Positions 1 through 12,759 of a stretch of 64,000 bases of DNA are shown here, piece after piece. Source of the DNA: Eledone cirrhosa (taxonomy: Eukaryota); NCBI GenBank assembly GCA_964016885.1, contig OZ024743.1, forward strand, positions 232,004,001 to 232,068,000, read 5' to 3'. Made by a program: the position numbers and the translations under genes. Within the stretch, counting starts at the first letter, position 1, and each line of letters opens with the position of its first letter. The notes below the pieces were generated by a model. The model saw only the letters and a list, made by a program, of their open reading frames with translations, searched no databases and had not been told where the DNA came from.

Positions 1-20
1 GGGAACTTAGCTGAGAATAG

Positions 21-102
21 ACTCCCTGATGACGTAAGGAATTCTCTATAGTTATATTACGTAACTATATTTTTCCCCTTACAGAAACTAATTAGTTGGA
101 GT
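21..102 (+). ncRNA. Type I hammerhead ribozyme with long stem II
   Basis: actcc-CTGATGA-c-gtaagg[..atagtta/taactat..]ccttac-a-GAAA-c-taatta-GTT-ggagt. Stem I actcc/ggagt, palindromic minimal stem III, GUU cleavage triplet. A (TA)n tract follows at ~162-218. Confidence 0.8.
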
Positions 103-157
103 GAAAATTTAGTAAGTAAGTTGATTTTTAATTTTTTTAATTTTCTTATTTTACGTC

Positions 158-1086
<929 letters not shown>

Positions 1087-1096
1087 AATATATATA

Positions 1097-1228
1097 AGAA
1101 TCGCTGCTTTCACCCTGAACGGGATCTTCTGAAACTCATATATATATATATATATATGAGTTTCAGAAGATCCCGTTAAGGGTGAAAGCAGCGATTCTTT
1201 GCTTAAACTTTAATCTGTTATTTTAATA

Positions 1229-1229
<1 letters not shown>
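1097..1229. mobile_element. Fold-back PLE-terminus fragment with variant HHR (1159-1209)
   Basis: Inverted arms around a (TA)n loop plus a 3' tail. Same family as 29366-30002 and 30602-31310. Confidence 0.7.
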
Positions 1230-1282
<53 letters not shown>

Positions 1283-1633
1283 GCATACATATGCATAAAT
1301 ACACACATAAATACATACATGCAAACATACACATATAGTGTAAAATACACATATACATATATATATTTATATAAATATATATATACACACAAAATTACAC
1401 ACACTGAGACACATATATAATCATAATCACACCCCAATTTCCTCTACAGACAAAAAGCCATTCAGTTGGAATTATCAATTTATTTAGCCGTTCGTTATTA
1501 TTGAATATAGAGAGCATTCACGTGACAGGATAGTGACGTGTTCCATCGGCACTTGAGATGTTGATGGTAATGATGCTGATGGCGATGTTGATGGTGATGT
1601 TACATTTGCTATTAATTGTAGTTTTACTAGTGG

Positions 1634-1808
1634 TAATTGTTTCTACTTTTGGCACAAGGCCAGCAATTATCGCAGTACATTACTGGTACTTTCCGTAAGG
1701 ATGAAAGGCAAAGTTAACCTCGGCGAGATTTGAACTATGATTGTAAAGGGCCGTGACTCTATTTTGCAAACATAGTGACCAACCCTCTACCGATACTACC
1801 AATCCATC
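1634..1808 (-). mobile_element. tRNA-derived SINE (octopus-type)
   Basis: Reverse complement has A-box-like tggtagtatcggtag, B-box gttcaaatc, the core gttaactttgcctttcatccttacgg and the tail ggccttgtgccaaaagtagaaacaatt. Confidence 0.85.
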
Positions 1809-2352
1809 ACCACCAACACCACCATAACTAACACCACCACCAACTCCACCATCACAAACACCGCCACCAGCATCATTACCACACCAACACCACCAACACC
1901 ATCACCAGCACCACCAACACCATCACTAACATCATCATCACCACCAACAACACCACCAACACCAACACCACCATCACCAACACCAACAACACCACCAACA
2001 ACAACAGCACCACCAACAACAACACCAACACCACTAACACCGCCACCACCAACACCTCCAACACCAACACCACCATCACCACCACCAACATCAACATCAA
2101 CACTACCAACACCAACATCACCACCACCACCGACACGACCAATACCATCACCACCATCACCACCACCAACATCACCACCAACACCAACATCACCACCAAC
2201 ACCAACATCACCACCACCACCACCATCACCAACATCACCACCATCACCACCAACACCACCAACACCAACACCACCAACACCAACGCCACCAATACCACCA
2301 CCACCATCAAAACACCATAACCAACACCACCACACCACCACCACCACCGACA
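1809..2352. repeat. Degenerate (CAC/CAA/CAT)n trinucleotide array
   Basis: Seen directly. The ORFs over it are low-complexity artefacts. Confidence 0.9.
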
Positions 2353-2512
2353 CTAGTTCTACTAGTGATAATGTAGGTAACGTTAGTAGTTTAGTTGTTG
2401 ATAGTAGCAGGATGATGTGTCAGTGAGTTAATGATAGTGACTTTTTGTGACTTTTGCAAATCTTTATGATTAGTCTCATCAGCGTAATTAGTGTTGCTGT
2501 TGTTGTTGTTGT

Positions 2513-2546
<34 letters not shown>

Positions 2547-2609
2547 GTTTAATCATTAATGTTCGTGTAGATTGTAGTTATTAATGTTTTCGTTGTTCTT
2601 TATTCTAAC

Positions 2610-4022
2610 TATGATGGTGATAGTGTTGGTGGTGTTTGTGAGGTTAATGGTGGTGGTGGTGGTGTTGGTGGTGGTGGTGGTGTTGGTGGTGGTGTTGGTG
2701 TTGGTGGTAGTTGTGGTGTTGGTGGTGGTGTTGGTGTTGGTGGTGTTGGTGTTGGTGGTAGTTTTGGTGTTGGTGGTGGTGTTGGTGTTGGTGGTAGTTG
2801 TGGTGTTGTTGGTGGTTTTGGTGGTGGTGTTGGTGTTGGTGGTAGTTTTGGTGTTGGTGGTGGTGTTGGTGTTGGTGGTAGTTGTGGTGTTGTTGGTGGT
2901 TTTGGTGGTGGTGTTGGTGTTGGTGGTAGTTGTGGTGTTGGTGGTGGTGTTGGTGTTGGTGGTAGTTGTGGTGATGGTGGTGGTTTTGGTGGTGGTGTTG
3001 GTGTTGGTGGTAGTTGTGGTGTTGGTGGTGGTGTTGGTGATGGCGGTGATGGTGTTGGTGGTGTTTGTGAGGTTAATGGTGGTGGTGGTGGTGGTGTTGG
3101 TGTTGGTGGTAGTTGTGGTCTTGGTGGTGGTGTTGGTGTTGATGGTAGTTGTGGTGTTGGTGGTGGTGTTGGTGTTGGTGGTAGTTGTGGTGTTGGTAGT
3201 TGTGTTGGTGTTGGTGGTAGTTGTGGTGTTATGGTGGTATTGGTGATGGCGGTGATGGTGTTGGTGATGGTGGTGTTGGTGCTGGTGGTGGTGGTGGTGA
3301 TGGCGTTGGTAGTAGTTGTGGTGTTGGTGTTGGTGATGGTGGTGGTGGTGTTGATGATGTTGGTAATGGTGATGATGGTGGTGGTGATGAGGGTGATGGT
3401 GTTGGTGGTGTTGGTGGTGCTGGTCATGGTGGTGGTGATGGCGGTGTTGGTGTTGGTATTGGTGATGTTGGTTATGGAGGTGTAGGTGGTGGTGGTGGTG
3501 GTAGTGGTGGTATTGGTGGTGTTTGTGTTGGTGATGGCGGTGTAGGTGGCGGTGTTGGCGGTGTTGGTGGTGACGTTGGTGTTGGTGATGGTGTTGATGG
3601 TGTTGGTGGTGACGTTGGTGTTGGTGACGGTGGAACTGGTGATGGTGGTGATGGTGATGGTGGTATTGGTGGTGTTGGTGATGGTGGTGTTGGTGGTTTT
3701 GGTGATGGTGATGTTGGTGATGTTGATGGTGGTGAGGTGATGATGGTGGTGTTGGTGGTGGTGGTGGTGTTGGTGGTGATGGTGATGGTGATGTTGGTGA
3801 TGTTGATGGTGGTGAGGTGATGATGGTGGTGTTGGTGGTGGTGGTGGTGGTGGTGTTTGTGATGGTGGATGTGGTGGTGTTGGTGACGATTTTAGTCGTA
3901 ATGATCTCAATTAATAGTTGCTGATGTGTATTTGTTCGTTGTGGTGGTGGCAGCAGTTGTGGTGATGGTAATTGTGGTGGTGGTGCTGGTGGTGGTGGAG
4001 GTGGTGGGGAGGTGGTGGTGGT
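2610..4022. repeat. Degenerate (GGT/GTT/GAT)n array with higher-order units
   Basis: Seen directly. The unit gtgttggtggtagttgtggtgttggtggtggtgttg recurs. Confidence 0.9.
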
Positions 4023-4119
4023 GTATTCATTTGTTATTATAATTATTGAGCCACTAATCTGGTATCGTTTGTAATCGAACGCTAATGACATCAAATCTGA
4101 ACTTGTTTTATAGGTTATT

Positions 4120-4323
4120 TCATCATCATCATCACAATTTCCATCATCATCATCATCATTTAGATCAACATCATCATTATCAACATCATCATCATCATTA
4201 TCTTCATTATCATCATCATCAAAAACATTAATATCATCAAAATCGCCACCGCCATCATTAGCACCATTCCCACCACCACCATCGTCGTCATCACAATCCC
4301 CATCATCATCATCATCATCATAC

Positions 4324-4368
<45 letters not shown>

Positions 4369-4700
4369 TCAATAACATCATCATTATCATCATTATCATC
4401 ATCATCAACATCAAAATCATCAATATCATTAAAATCCCCACCGTCACCATTAACACCATGCCCCGCCGCCACCACCACCACCACCACCACCACCGTCGTC
4501 TTTATCACAATCCTCCATCATTAACAGCATCATCATCATCAACATCAACATTTTCATTATCATCATCATCAAAATCATCAATATCATAAAAATCCACATT
4601 AGCACCATTCCTACCATCACCATCACCATCGTCATCATCATCATCATCACCACCACCATCATCATCATCATCATCATTATCATCATCTTCATCATTATCC
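4120..4700. repeat. Degenerate (CAT)n array
   Basis: Seen directly. Confidence 0.9.
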
Positions 4701-5103
4701 CCTTCACCCCCCGCCCCCCACATCATTATTCTGTCATATTTCACACAATCACCTCTTAATATCTCACCTTCCTTCACACCTTTTGTATTCTTCCCATCTC
4801 TTATCCCCCCCCCCCGCATCCCCCCTCCCCTCATTCCCCCACCATTTTCCTCTCCTTCTTCCTCACTTATTCGCTCTCTACTACCTCCCTCTCTCCTTCT
4901 TGTATATGCTAATTTCTTTACCCTCCCCCTCTCTCCTATACTCAATATCGTTCCTCCTACACTGTTGTCTACTATTCTTATATTAAATGTGCCCCCCCTC
5001 TCCCACACACACTAAACAATCAACACCAGCTCTTTAATTACATTTACTATCTCCTAGTATTCTCTTCCTTGAGTACTGTCTTCATTTATTTACTTCTACA
5101 TTT

Positions 5104-5233
5104 GTGATGACGATGATGATGATGATGATGATGATGATGGTGATGATGGTGATGATGCTGGTGATGATGCTGGTGATGATGATGGTGATGATGGTGGTGA
5201 TGATTATGATGATGATGATGGTGGTGATGATGG

Positions 5234-5274
<41 letters not shown>

Positions 5275-5280
5275 GTGGTG

Positions 5281-5312
<32 letters not shown>

Positions 5313-5332
5313 GATTGTGATGATGGTGATGG

Positions 5333-5363
<31 letters not shown>

Positions 5364-5370
5364 GGTGGTG

Positions 5371-5402
<32 letters not shown>

Positions 5403-5779
5403 GATGATTGTGATGATGGTGATGGTGATGATGATGATGATGGTGATGATGGTGATGATGATGATGATGATGGTGGTGATGATGATGGTGATGGTAATGA
5501 TGATGATGATGGTGATGATGGTGATGATGATGATGATGATGATGATGATGGTGATGATGGTGATGGTGATGATGATGATGATGATGATGATGATTGTGAT
5601 GATGGTGATGATGATGATGGTGATGATGGTGATGGTGATGATGATGGTGATGATTGTGATGATGGTGATGGTGATGATGATGATGATGATGAAGAAGAGA
5701 TGGAATAGTAAGAGGAGGGTGATGAAGATGATATCAATGATAAGGTTGAAAATGGTGGGTATGACGGCGTCGACGACCG

Positions 5780-5837
<58 letters not shown>

Positions 5838-5960
5838 GATGATGATGATGATGATGATGTTGATGATGAACATCAGGATGATGATGATGATGATTGTGGT
5901 GGTGGTGACGATGATGTTACTAGTGGTGGTGGTGATGCTGATGGTAACGTTGATGATTTT
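5104..5960. repeat. Degenerate (GAT/GGT)n array
   Basis: Seen directly. Confidence 0.9.
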
Positions 5961-6009
5961 AGTGATATGGATGCCAACTTCGCCTGTCGTCCTTAGGGGC
6001 CCCATCAAA

Positions 6010-6785
6010 TAAAATTACCAGTTAAGTACAGGTGACTATTCCATCGACTTTTCTCTACCGCAAAATTGATGGCCTTGTGCCAATGTTGAAAATAATTATT
6101 ATTATTTCTAAATTCTGAGTTCAAATCCCGCCGAGGTTAACTTTGCCTTTCAGCCTTACGGACTCGATAAATAAAAGCCCAGCAATGCACTGGAGTAATT
6201 GCTGGCCTTGTGCCAAAAGTAGAAATAATTATTTGTTTTCAACAGTTTTACTCGGGTTTTTCCAGCACCACTCAATAAATCTCAACATTTCACGGATTCA
6301 ATATGTTCATTTGTATATCGTTTTTGTTTGTTGTGGTGTACATGTTGCTACTAGTGTTATTTTAGTGTTTTGATGAGGCAATAGATTAACAGAAATATTA
6401 AAATGCCAGACAAATCCATTGCAATATTTGTTGGGACTCTGAGTTCAAATCTCACCGAGGCCATCTTCCCCTTCCGGAGACAATAAAATATAATTGTTTC
6501 TACTTTTGGCACAAGGCCAGCAATTATCCCAGTGCATTACTGGTAATTTATTTTATCGATCCCGTAATGATGAAAGTCAAAGTTAAACAATGAAATGCTG
6601 GCACCGATGTAAAGAATATACGCCTCCAATAAAATCGCTAGCCTGGTGCCTTAATTATAGATCGTTATTTTAGTGTCGCTGAATTGTCAGTATCGGTAGA
6701 ACGTCGGACACCATACTTTGCAGCATAAAGTTATGGCCCTTTCTGTTCTGAGTTCAAATCCCGCCGAGGTGAGCTTTGCCATTCA
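6010..6785. mobile_element. Cluster of fragmentary SINE copies in both orientations
   Basis: ctgagttcaaatc(c/t) B-box motifs at ~6115, ~6439 and ~6748, plus ggccttgtgcca tail motifs on both strands. Confidence 0.75.
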
Positions 6786-7154
6786 GTGAGTATGCTTTGT
6801 AAGTGCGGTGTGTGTTGTGTTGCGTTACTTGGCGATTGTATAGATACAATCGCCAATTAACGCAATGTGATAGATATAATTCGCTGCTCCACCAATGGGT
6901 TATTACTTTCTTTGTCGACACTCAACGTTTTCAATACTAATGTATAAAATATTTGTTTATTTATTAATGAAGGATTGGTTGATTTAGTAAAAATTCAACT
7001 AGTCATGTTTATTTTATATACATTTTTAAAATATGCACGTGGGACACTTTTATCTCAACAGTTTTATGAATCCGATAATTTTATCCCAGTAATATCTCCA
7101 TGGCTGAAAATTATTTGCGTTAAAAATGAAAACAAATAACTTATTATTGCTAAA

Positions 7155-7570
7155 TAATTGTTGCTACATTTGGCACAAGGCCAGCAACCACCAGTGCATT
7201 ACTGGTACTTTATTTTATCGACCCCGTAAGGATGAAAGGCAAAGTTAACCTCGGCAGGATTTGAACTCAGATACTAAAGGGAGGTAACTTTATACTTCAA
7301 ACCATGGCGTCCGACCCTCTACCGATACTGCCAATCCACCGCCTTTGCTAAATAATGGTTTCTTATATAGGAACAAGGCCAGTAATTTTGGGGGAGGGGA
7401 AAGTTGATTAAATCGACCCAGTGCGTGACTGGTACTTTATTTTATCGACCCCATAAGGATGAAAGGCAAAGATAACCTCGGCGGGATTTGAGCTCAGATC
7501 ATAAAGAGCCGTAACTCTATGCTGCAAAGCATGGCGTCGACCCTCTACCGATACTGCCAATCCACCGCCT
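7155..7570 (-). mobile_element. Two tandem full-length SINEs (~7155-7345, ~7352-7570)
   Basis: Both end in ccctctaccgatactgccaatccaccgcc (reverse complement of the SINE head) and contain the family core. Confidence 0.9.
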
Positions 7571-7789
7571 TTGCTAAATAATGATACACATAAGAAAGAG
7601 ATTTCAGTAGAATAAGATCTTGAGCTTTGTATATCCCTACTGCATTAAAAAGTTTAAAGGATGAAAGAAAAATTTGACCTCGTTTGTAGTAGAACGCAGA
7701 ACAGAAAGCCAGAACAAATATCACAACACATACTATTCTGCAGAAATATTGCCTTGTGTCGTGCCTGGTCCTTCAAATATTTTTGGAAA

Positions 7790-8330
7790 TATTCTCAGTA
7801 TCATAAACTACATATTATTTATTTTCATTCCAAAATCCTTGTAATTTCATGAATTTTAGATTTCATTTTGAGCGATCGATGTATTGAATGGAATCTATCG
7901 AAATGGATATAGAAATTGTAGTTATTTTGGTTTCTATCTGTAATAATTATATCCGAATGGGTCCCCGTGATCCCTTCTTATCAGTCTAAACAAGCAAAAC
8001 TCACATTTATATCGCTATACCTGTGTTAAATAATGTGTTTCGTAAATGTTTATAACTCTTCTTAATTTTCATATCGAAAGAGTCGGCATATTACCAAACA
8101 TATAAATCAATTCACACAATCGTTTGAGTGTATATATTATGAGTTGGCAAGGATGTGGTTGCTACAAACTATGTGGTCAATTGTATCTCTGTGTTGTTTG
8201 TAGTATATATTTCATTTGATGTTTGCTTCTTTTTTCATTAAGATTCCATAGATGTTGTAGTAGAGATTTACCATTAGATTTTCCGATTTTAGACTAGAAC
8301 ATATGAGCCATCGTTGCTTTTCATTCCGGC
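7790..8330 (-). pseudogene. Highly decayed R4/Dong-like LINE 3' fragment
   Basis: Manual translation gives DTIDHIVCSNHILANS*YIH (CCHC-region-like) and DIIITDRNQNN...NYKDF (restriction-like endonuclease, RLE, like). Many lesions. Confidence 0.4.
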
Positions 8331-9203
8331 CTAGTATGGGTGATTTGGCTGAACTGTTAGAGCGTTGGAGAAAAAAACATTGAGTTATTTATTACGGCTC
8401 TTTAGACGGTGAGTTCTAATTTCACCGAAGTCACGTAGGCCAGGTCGAGAATTGGGAATAATTGTTTTCCCTTGTGCCAAAATTAAACTTTTTCTAGAGA
8501 TTTGACAGACCTTTTCCATTCCTTGGGTTTTCTCTACATTTTCTGCTTTAGCATAATTTAGAATTCCATTCTAAGATTAGGTGTAAGCAGGGATCTGTCT
8601 AGGCAGGAAATCCCAGTCAATTTCTTTCAAACTCGGATCCTACCAGGTTAGGAAAAATAAATGCGATGGCCCCGACTGGAACTCATTCAATCGTACTTCT
8701 AATCGAAAATAGTCGACCTACTGCAACTAAGTAAGAACAACATTAGTGATAATTACCTTCGTTATTATCACCTTCATTAACTTCATCATTATCACTATCA
8801 CCACTATTGTTTTCACAGTTATCATCATAAACATAATGAATACTATCATCATCACCAAGACCACTGTCGCCACCACCACCAACACCAACATCCCAACCAC
8901 TACCACCACCACCACCGTTGCGATGAATATGTCTGATACATTGTCTTTTACGCACTCTTCAAACTCAGATTGTTGGCTATAGGCCGCTAGCTAGAAGAGA
9001 TCGCTTTAATTGCTCAGTCATTCAGACAGCTCTTCAATGAATAACATGGCTGATTCCTGATTAAAATGGTTTTAACGATCTGTTTTCCACTGATTGCAAA
9101 TAATTATATTTTCTCTATTTATGTATGTGTAAGTGTGTGACATTGAAACTTGTATGAATGAGTATAGGTTTCTGATCGTATCTGCAATTCTGTATGTTTA
9201 TGG

Positions 9204-9237
<34 letters not shown>

Positions 9238-9297
9238 TTTACATTCTCTCTGTCGCTTTCTCTCTGTAGGTATGCATATATACATACATATGTATGT

Positions 9298-9368
<71 letters not shown>

Positions 9369-9617
9369 TGTGTGTATATGTGTGTGTGTGCTTACGCACG
9401 TGCACAAGGATAGCTCTTTTTACAAAACGTTTTTTATTCCATTTCAGGTAGACGCGCTCCATCATCCACTTTTCTAAAAAATAAATCATACATAAAACAC
9501 CAGCACCAACAGTTTTGCAAGAGATGTCAACATGAATGGACCTGTTATTTTTATCTAAAGACATTTTTTCAAATTCCAGCCCGTCCATACCCTAAATATA
9601 TCTTATTTCTCAGGCTT

Positions 9618-9653
9618 TCTTCTGATGAAGAACTAGCATCCGAAACGTTAAGA
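9618..9653 (+). ncRNA. Minimal type I HHR with degenerate stem II
   Basis: tctt-CTGATGA-agaactagcatcc-GAAA-c-GTT-aaga. A decayed copy lies on the minus strand at ~41703-41735. Confidence 0.55.
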
Positions 9654-9901
9654 CCCTCTTCCTGCTGTATCAAGAGTTAACCTAATTTATCCCTTCCATA
9701 TACTACACCGATTGTGTTGTTATTTCTGTTTACCTTTTACATACATATATATATATATATATTTATATATAAATATATATATAGAGAGAGAGAGCGAGAT
9801 AGAGAGAGAGAAAGAGATGTACATACATACGTTTGTTGTTGTAACTACACCCACACAGATGTAACGATCTGTATATAAATCTAGGTCTCTGAAAGAATGT
9901 T

Positions 9902-9946
<45 letters not shown>

Positions 9947-10509
9947 TTTACGTATCGAGAAAGAGAAAAAAGGGAAGATAGGTGATACATATAGTTATTT
10001 GCCAAGTAGCGTATGCCAAAGGTGCTCGATACTAGTGCCGGCAGTATTAAATATTCGAAGTGTTAATATTTAGTGGGCTAGAGAGTTAGCAGAGCGTAAG
10101 CACGTGGGAAAGTAAAAAATCGGTGAATAGACCGTTAAAACATGTTTATTTAAAATATCACCTACGTACGTTTCGCCCAGTTGGGCTTCCCAAGGGCATA
10201 AATAATCACAAGTCTTCCTTATATTGCTCGGAAAGAGTTTTGGGGGTTAAATCCACATCAAGGTTCATTGCTCGCAAAAATATCTTGTTTTGATTTTGCA
10301 GCAGGTCAAGGGAAGTAACTCTGGCCGGTGTTAGGGCAGTCTTTCCCGGACAAATTTTTTTTTCCGCATCCGTTTGTCTGAGGCTGGGTCTGGTATGCAA
10401 GGATTGTTTCCTGGGTGTTATTTTGCAGCGCCTGCCCGCCGGGGTGTTAAGACTTGTTGCAGGGAGATCCAGTGTACTATTTCACTCTTCATCCTTAACC
10501 CATCTGAAG

Positions 10510-10925
10510 AAGGATATTTTTAAGCGATGTGTACAACTTATCGCTGTTTCAGCTCTGCTGTTGATGAGCTCGTGGGGTGCAGTTATGATGTGGTAGAGCT
10601 ACATGAGGCAAAGATCGCATTTCCTCTTGAAGTTGTACGTGCAGCCCTGCCGACAATCTCCCAGTGCGTGGAGAAGCTGATGTTTAAGTCCTTTAGTGAT
10701 GTGATGTAGTCCGCGAGCGAAGTGGAGTGCCTTAGTTTTCTATTTGTGAAAGAGTGGAGATGTGTTCGAAACCTAAATTTGAACGGGCCGGAGGTGGCCC
10801 CTATATAATGTTTAACGCTATTGTGGCTAGTAATAGTGCATCTATATATAACCCTATCAGTCAAGCAGTATCCTCTGAGGGGGCAGCGTCCTCTGTCGCG
10901 GCAGTTGCAATTTCTGTCGCGGTTC
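10510..10925 (-). pseudogene. PLE GIY-YIG endonuclease (frameshifted C-terminus)
   Basis: CNCRDRGRCPLRGYCLTDRVIYRC...HYIGATSGPFKFRFRTHLHSF...STSLADYI...WEI. The shifted frame continues CDLCLM*...INSRAETAISCTHR. Confidence 0.88.
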
Positions 10926-11531
10926 CGGCTATTTCCCACGGTAAGGCTATCATTGTTGCTGCCTACGTTGTTACCTACGCTATCGCAGCTGTCGTTAGCA
11001 CAATTACAACCCACAGCACGCGGGGTTGTGCGATTGTTATTCCGCACGTCATGTTCTGCATGTTCCCCAGTCATTTCGCGGTTATTCTGGTTGCGTCTGC
11101 GGATGCCGTTGCCAACACTATTGGATGCTGCCAAGGAGTTGTTAAGGCCGATATAGTTAACAACTCCCAGCAGAGCTGAAACAGCGATAACTTGTACACA
11201 TCGCTTAAAAATATCCTTCTTCAGATGGGTTAAGGATGAAGAGTGAAATAGTACACTGGATCTCCCTGCAACAAGTCTTAACACCCCGGCGGGCAGGCGC
11301 TGCAAAATAACACCCAGGAAACAATCCTTGCATACCAGACCCAGCCTCAGACAAACGGATGCGGAAAAAAAAAATTTGTCCGGGAAAGACTGCCCTAACA
11401 CCGGCCAGAGTTACCTCCATTGACCTGCTGCAAAATCAAAACAAGATATTTTTGCGAGCAATGAACATTGATGTGGATTTAACCCCAAAAACTCTTTCCG
11501 AGCAATATAAGGAGGACTTGTGATTATTTAT

Positions 11532-11570
11532 GCCCTTGAGAAGCCCAACTGGGCGAAACGTACGTAGGTG
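11532..11570 (+). ncRNA. Variant minimal HHR (U3:A8 core)
   Basis: gccc-TTGAGAA-gccc-aact-gggc-GAAA-c-gtac-GTA-ggtg. Stem I is weak. The inverted copy is at ~10159-10197. Confidence 0.6.
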
Positions 11571-11625
11571 ATATTTTAAATAAACATGTTTTAACGGTCT
11601 ATTCTCCGATTTTTTACTTTCCTAC

Positions 11626-11695
<70 letters not shown>

Positions 11696-11887
11696 AGAGA
11701 GGAAGCAGACATATATATATCAGCTGTATAAGGACGCAGTTAACAGATGTTCTTTGGTGTTTCTACCTATTTTAATAATGATTAATACGATTCTGTCTTT
11801 CACTTTGTATAGAATTATTTAAGCTGAAATAATGTTATATTATAACGAAATATGTAAACACACACGGACATAACTATATCTATATAA

Positions 11888-11972
<85 letters not shown>

Positions 11973-11973
<1 letters not shown>

Positions 11974-12377
11974 TGGTAAACGGAATAGAAAATGCTGACA
12001 AATTGTTCACAGTGAAAAATAGTTTAATTAGGAATAAGTGAGAATTAGTAATAGTATTGGTTAGTATTCAGTTTTGGTTTTAAGTTTTACCGTTTGCGCA
12101 TTTCTAAATGCTTTTCAAAAATAATTTTGAGATAGAGCGTCCGTGATGTTTGCTCTGATCAGAGCAAACATCACGGACGCTCTATCTCAAAATTATTTTT
12201 GAAAAGCATTTAGAAATGCGCAAACGGTAAAACTTAAAACCAAAACTGAATACTAACCAATGCAATTACTAATTTTCACTTATTCCTAATTAAACTATTT
12301 TTCACTGAACAATTTGTCAGCATTTTCTATTCCGTTTACCAATATATAATAACTTGTGTGTGACACCTCTATTCTTT

Positions 12378-12381
<4 letters not shown>
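11973..12381. mobile_element. Fold-back PLE terminus (~185-bp arms plus ~39-nt tail) in (TA)n
   Basis: Near-perfect palindrome centred on ctctgatcagag (~12158). Same sequence and tail as the termini of the PLE at 45851-48040. Confidence 0.9.
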
Positions 12382-12435
<54 letters not shown>

Positions 12436-12467
12436 TAGAGAGAGAGAGGGAGAGGGAGGGAGAGAGA

Positions 12468-12491
12468 GATAGGTAGATAGATAGATAGATA
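12468..12491. repeat. (GATA)n tract at the 3' junction of Tx1 copy A
   Basis: gataggtagatagatagatagata abuts the element's AATAAA-containing end. Confidence 0.85.
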
Positions 12492-12759
12492 ACTTTCTTT
12501 TTATTTGCCACCAGGGCATCAAAGAGAGGACAAGTACAATGGGGGGAGTTTACATGACAAGGCTTCCTCAATAAGGAGCAGGCAATAACAAAATATAAAA
12601 ATATAAAATATAAAATATAACAAAAATAAATTGAAAAACAAAATCCTCAATAGCGAGGAGGCGCTTTGGGGGGTCGCACACACCCCCGAAAAAAGTGTGC
12701 AACCCGTCTCCTCGGCAGCACAGAGAGAGGGTGCTCCCATGAACTTTCATCTTTCTCAC

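Larger units (their letters stand above)
10000..11627 (-). mobile_element. Penelope-like element remnant with inverted ~460-bp termini
   Basis: Arms 10102-10560 and 11168-11627 are reverse complements and enclose a GIY-YIG domain. The right end abuts (TA)n. The left boundary is approximate. Confidence 0.9.

Noticed and set aside
1796-6012. Long ORFs (up to 650 aa) rich in H/T/D/V/M
   Set aside because: They are open in several frames and on both strands because trinucleotide arrays lack stop codons. No domain or splice evidence.
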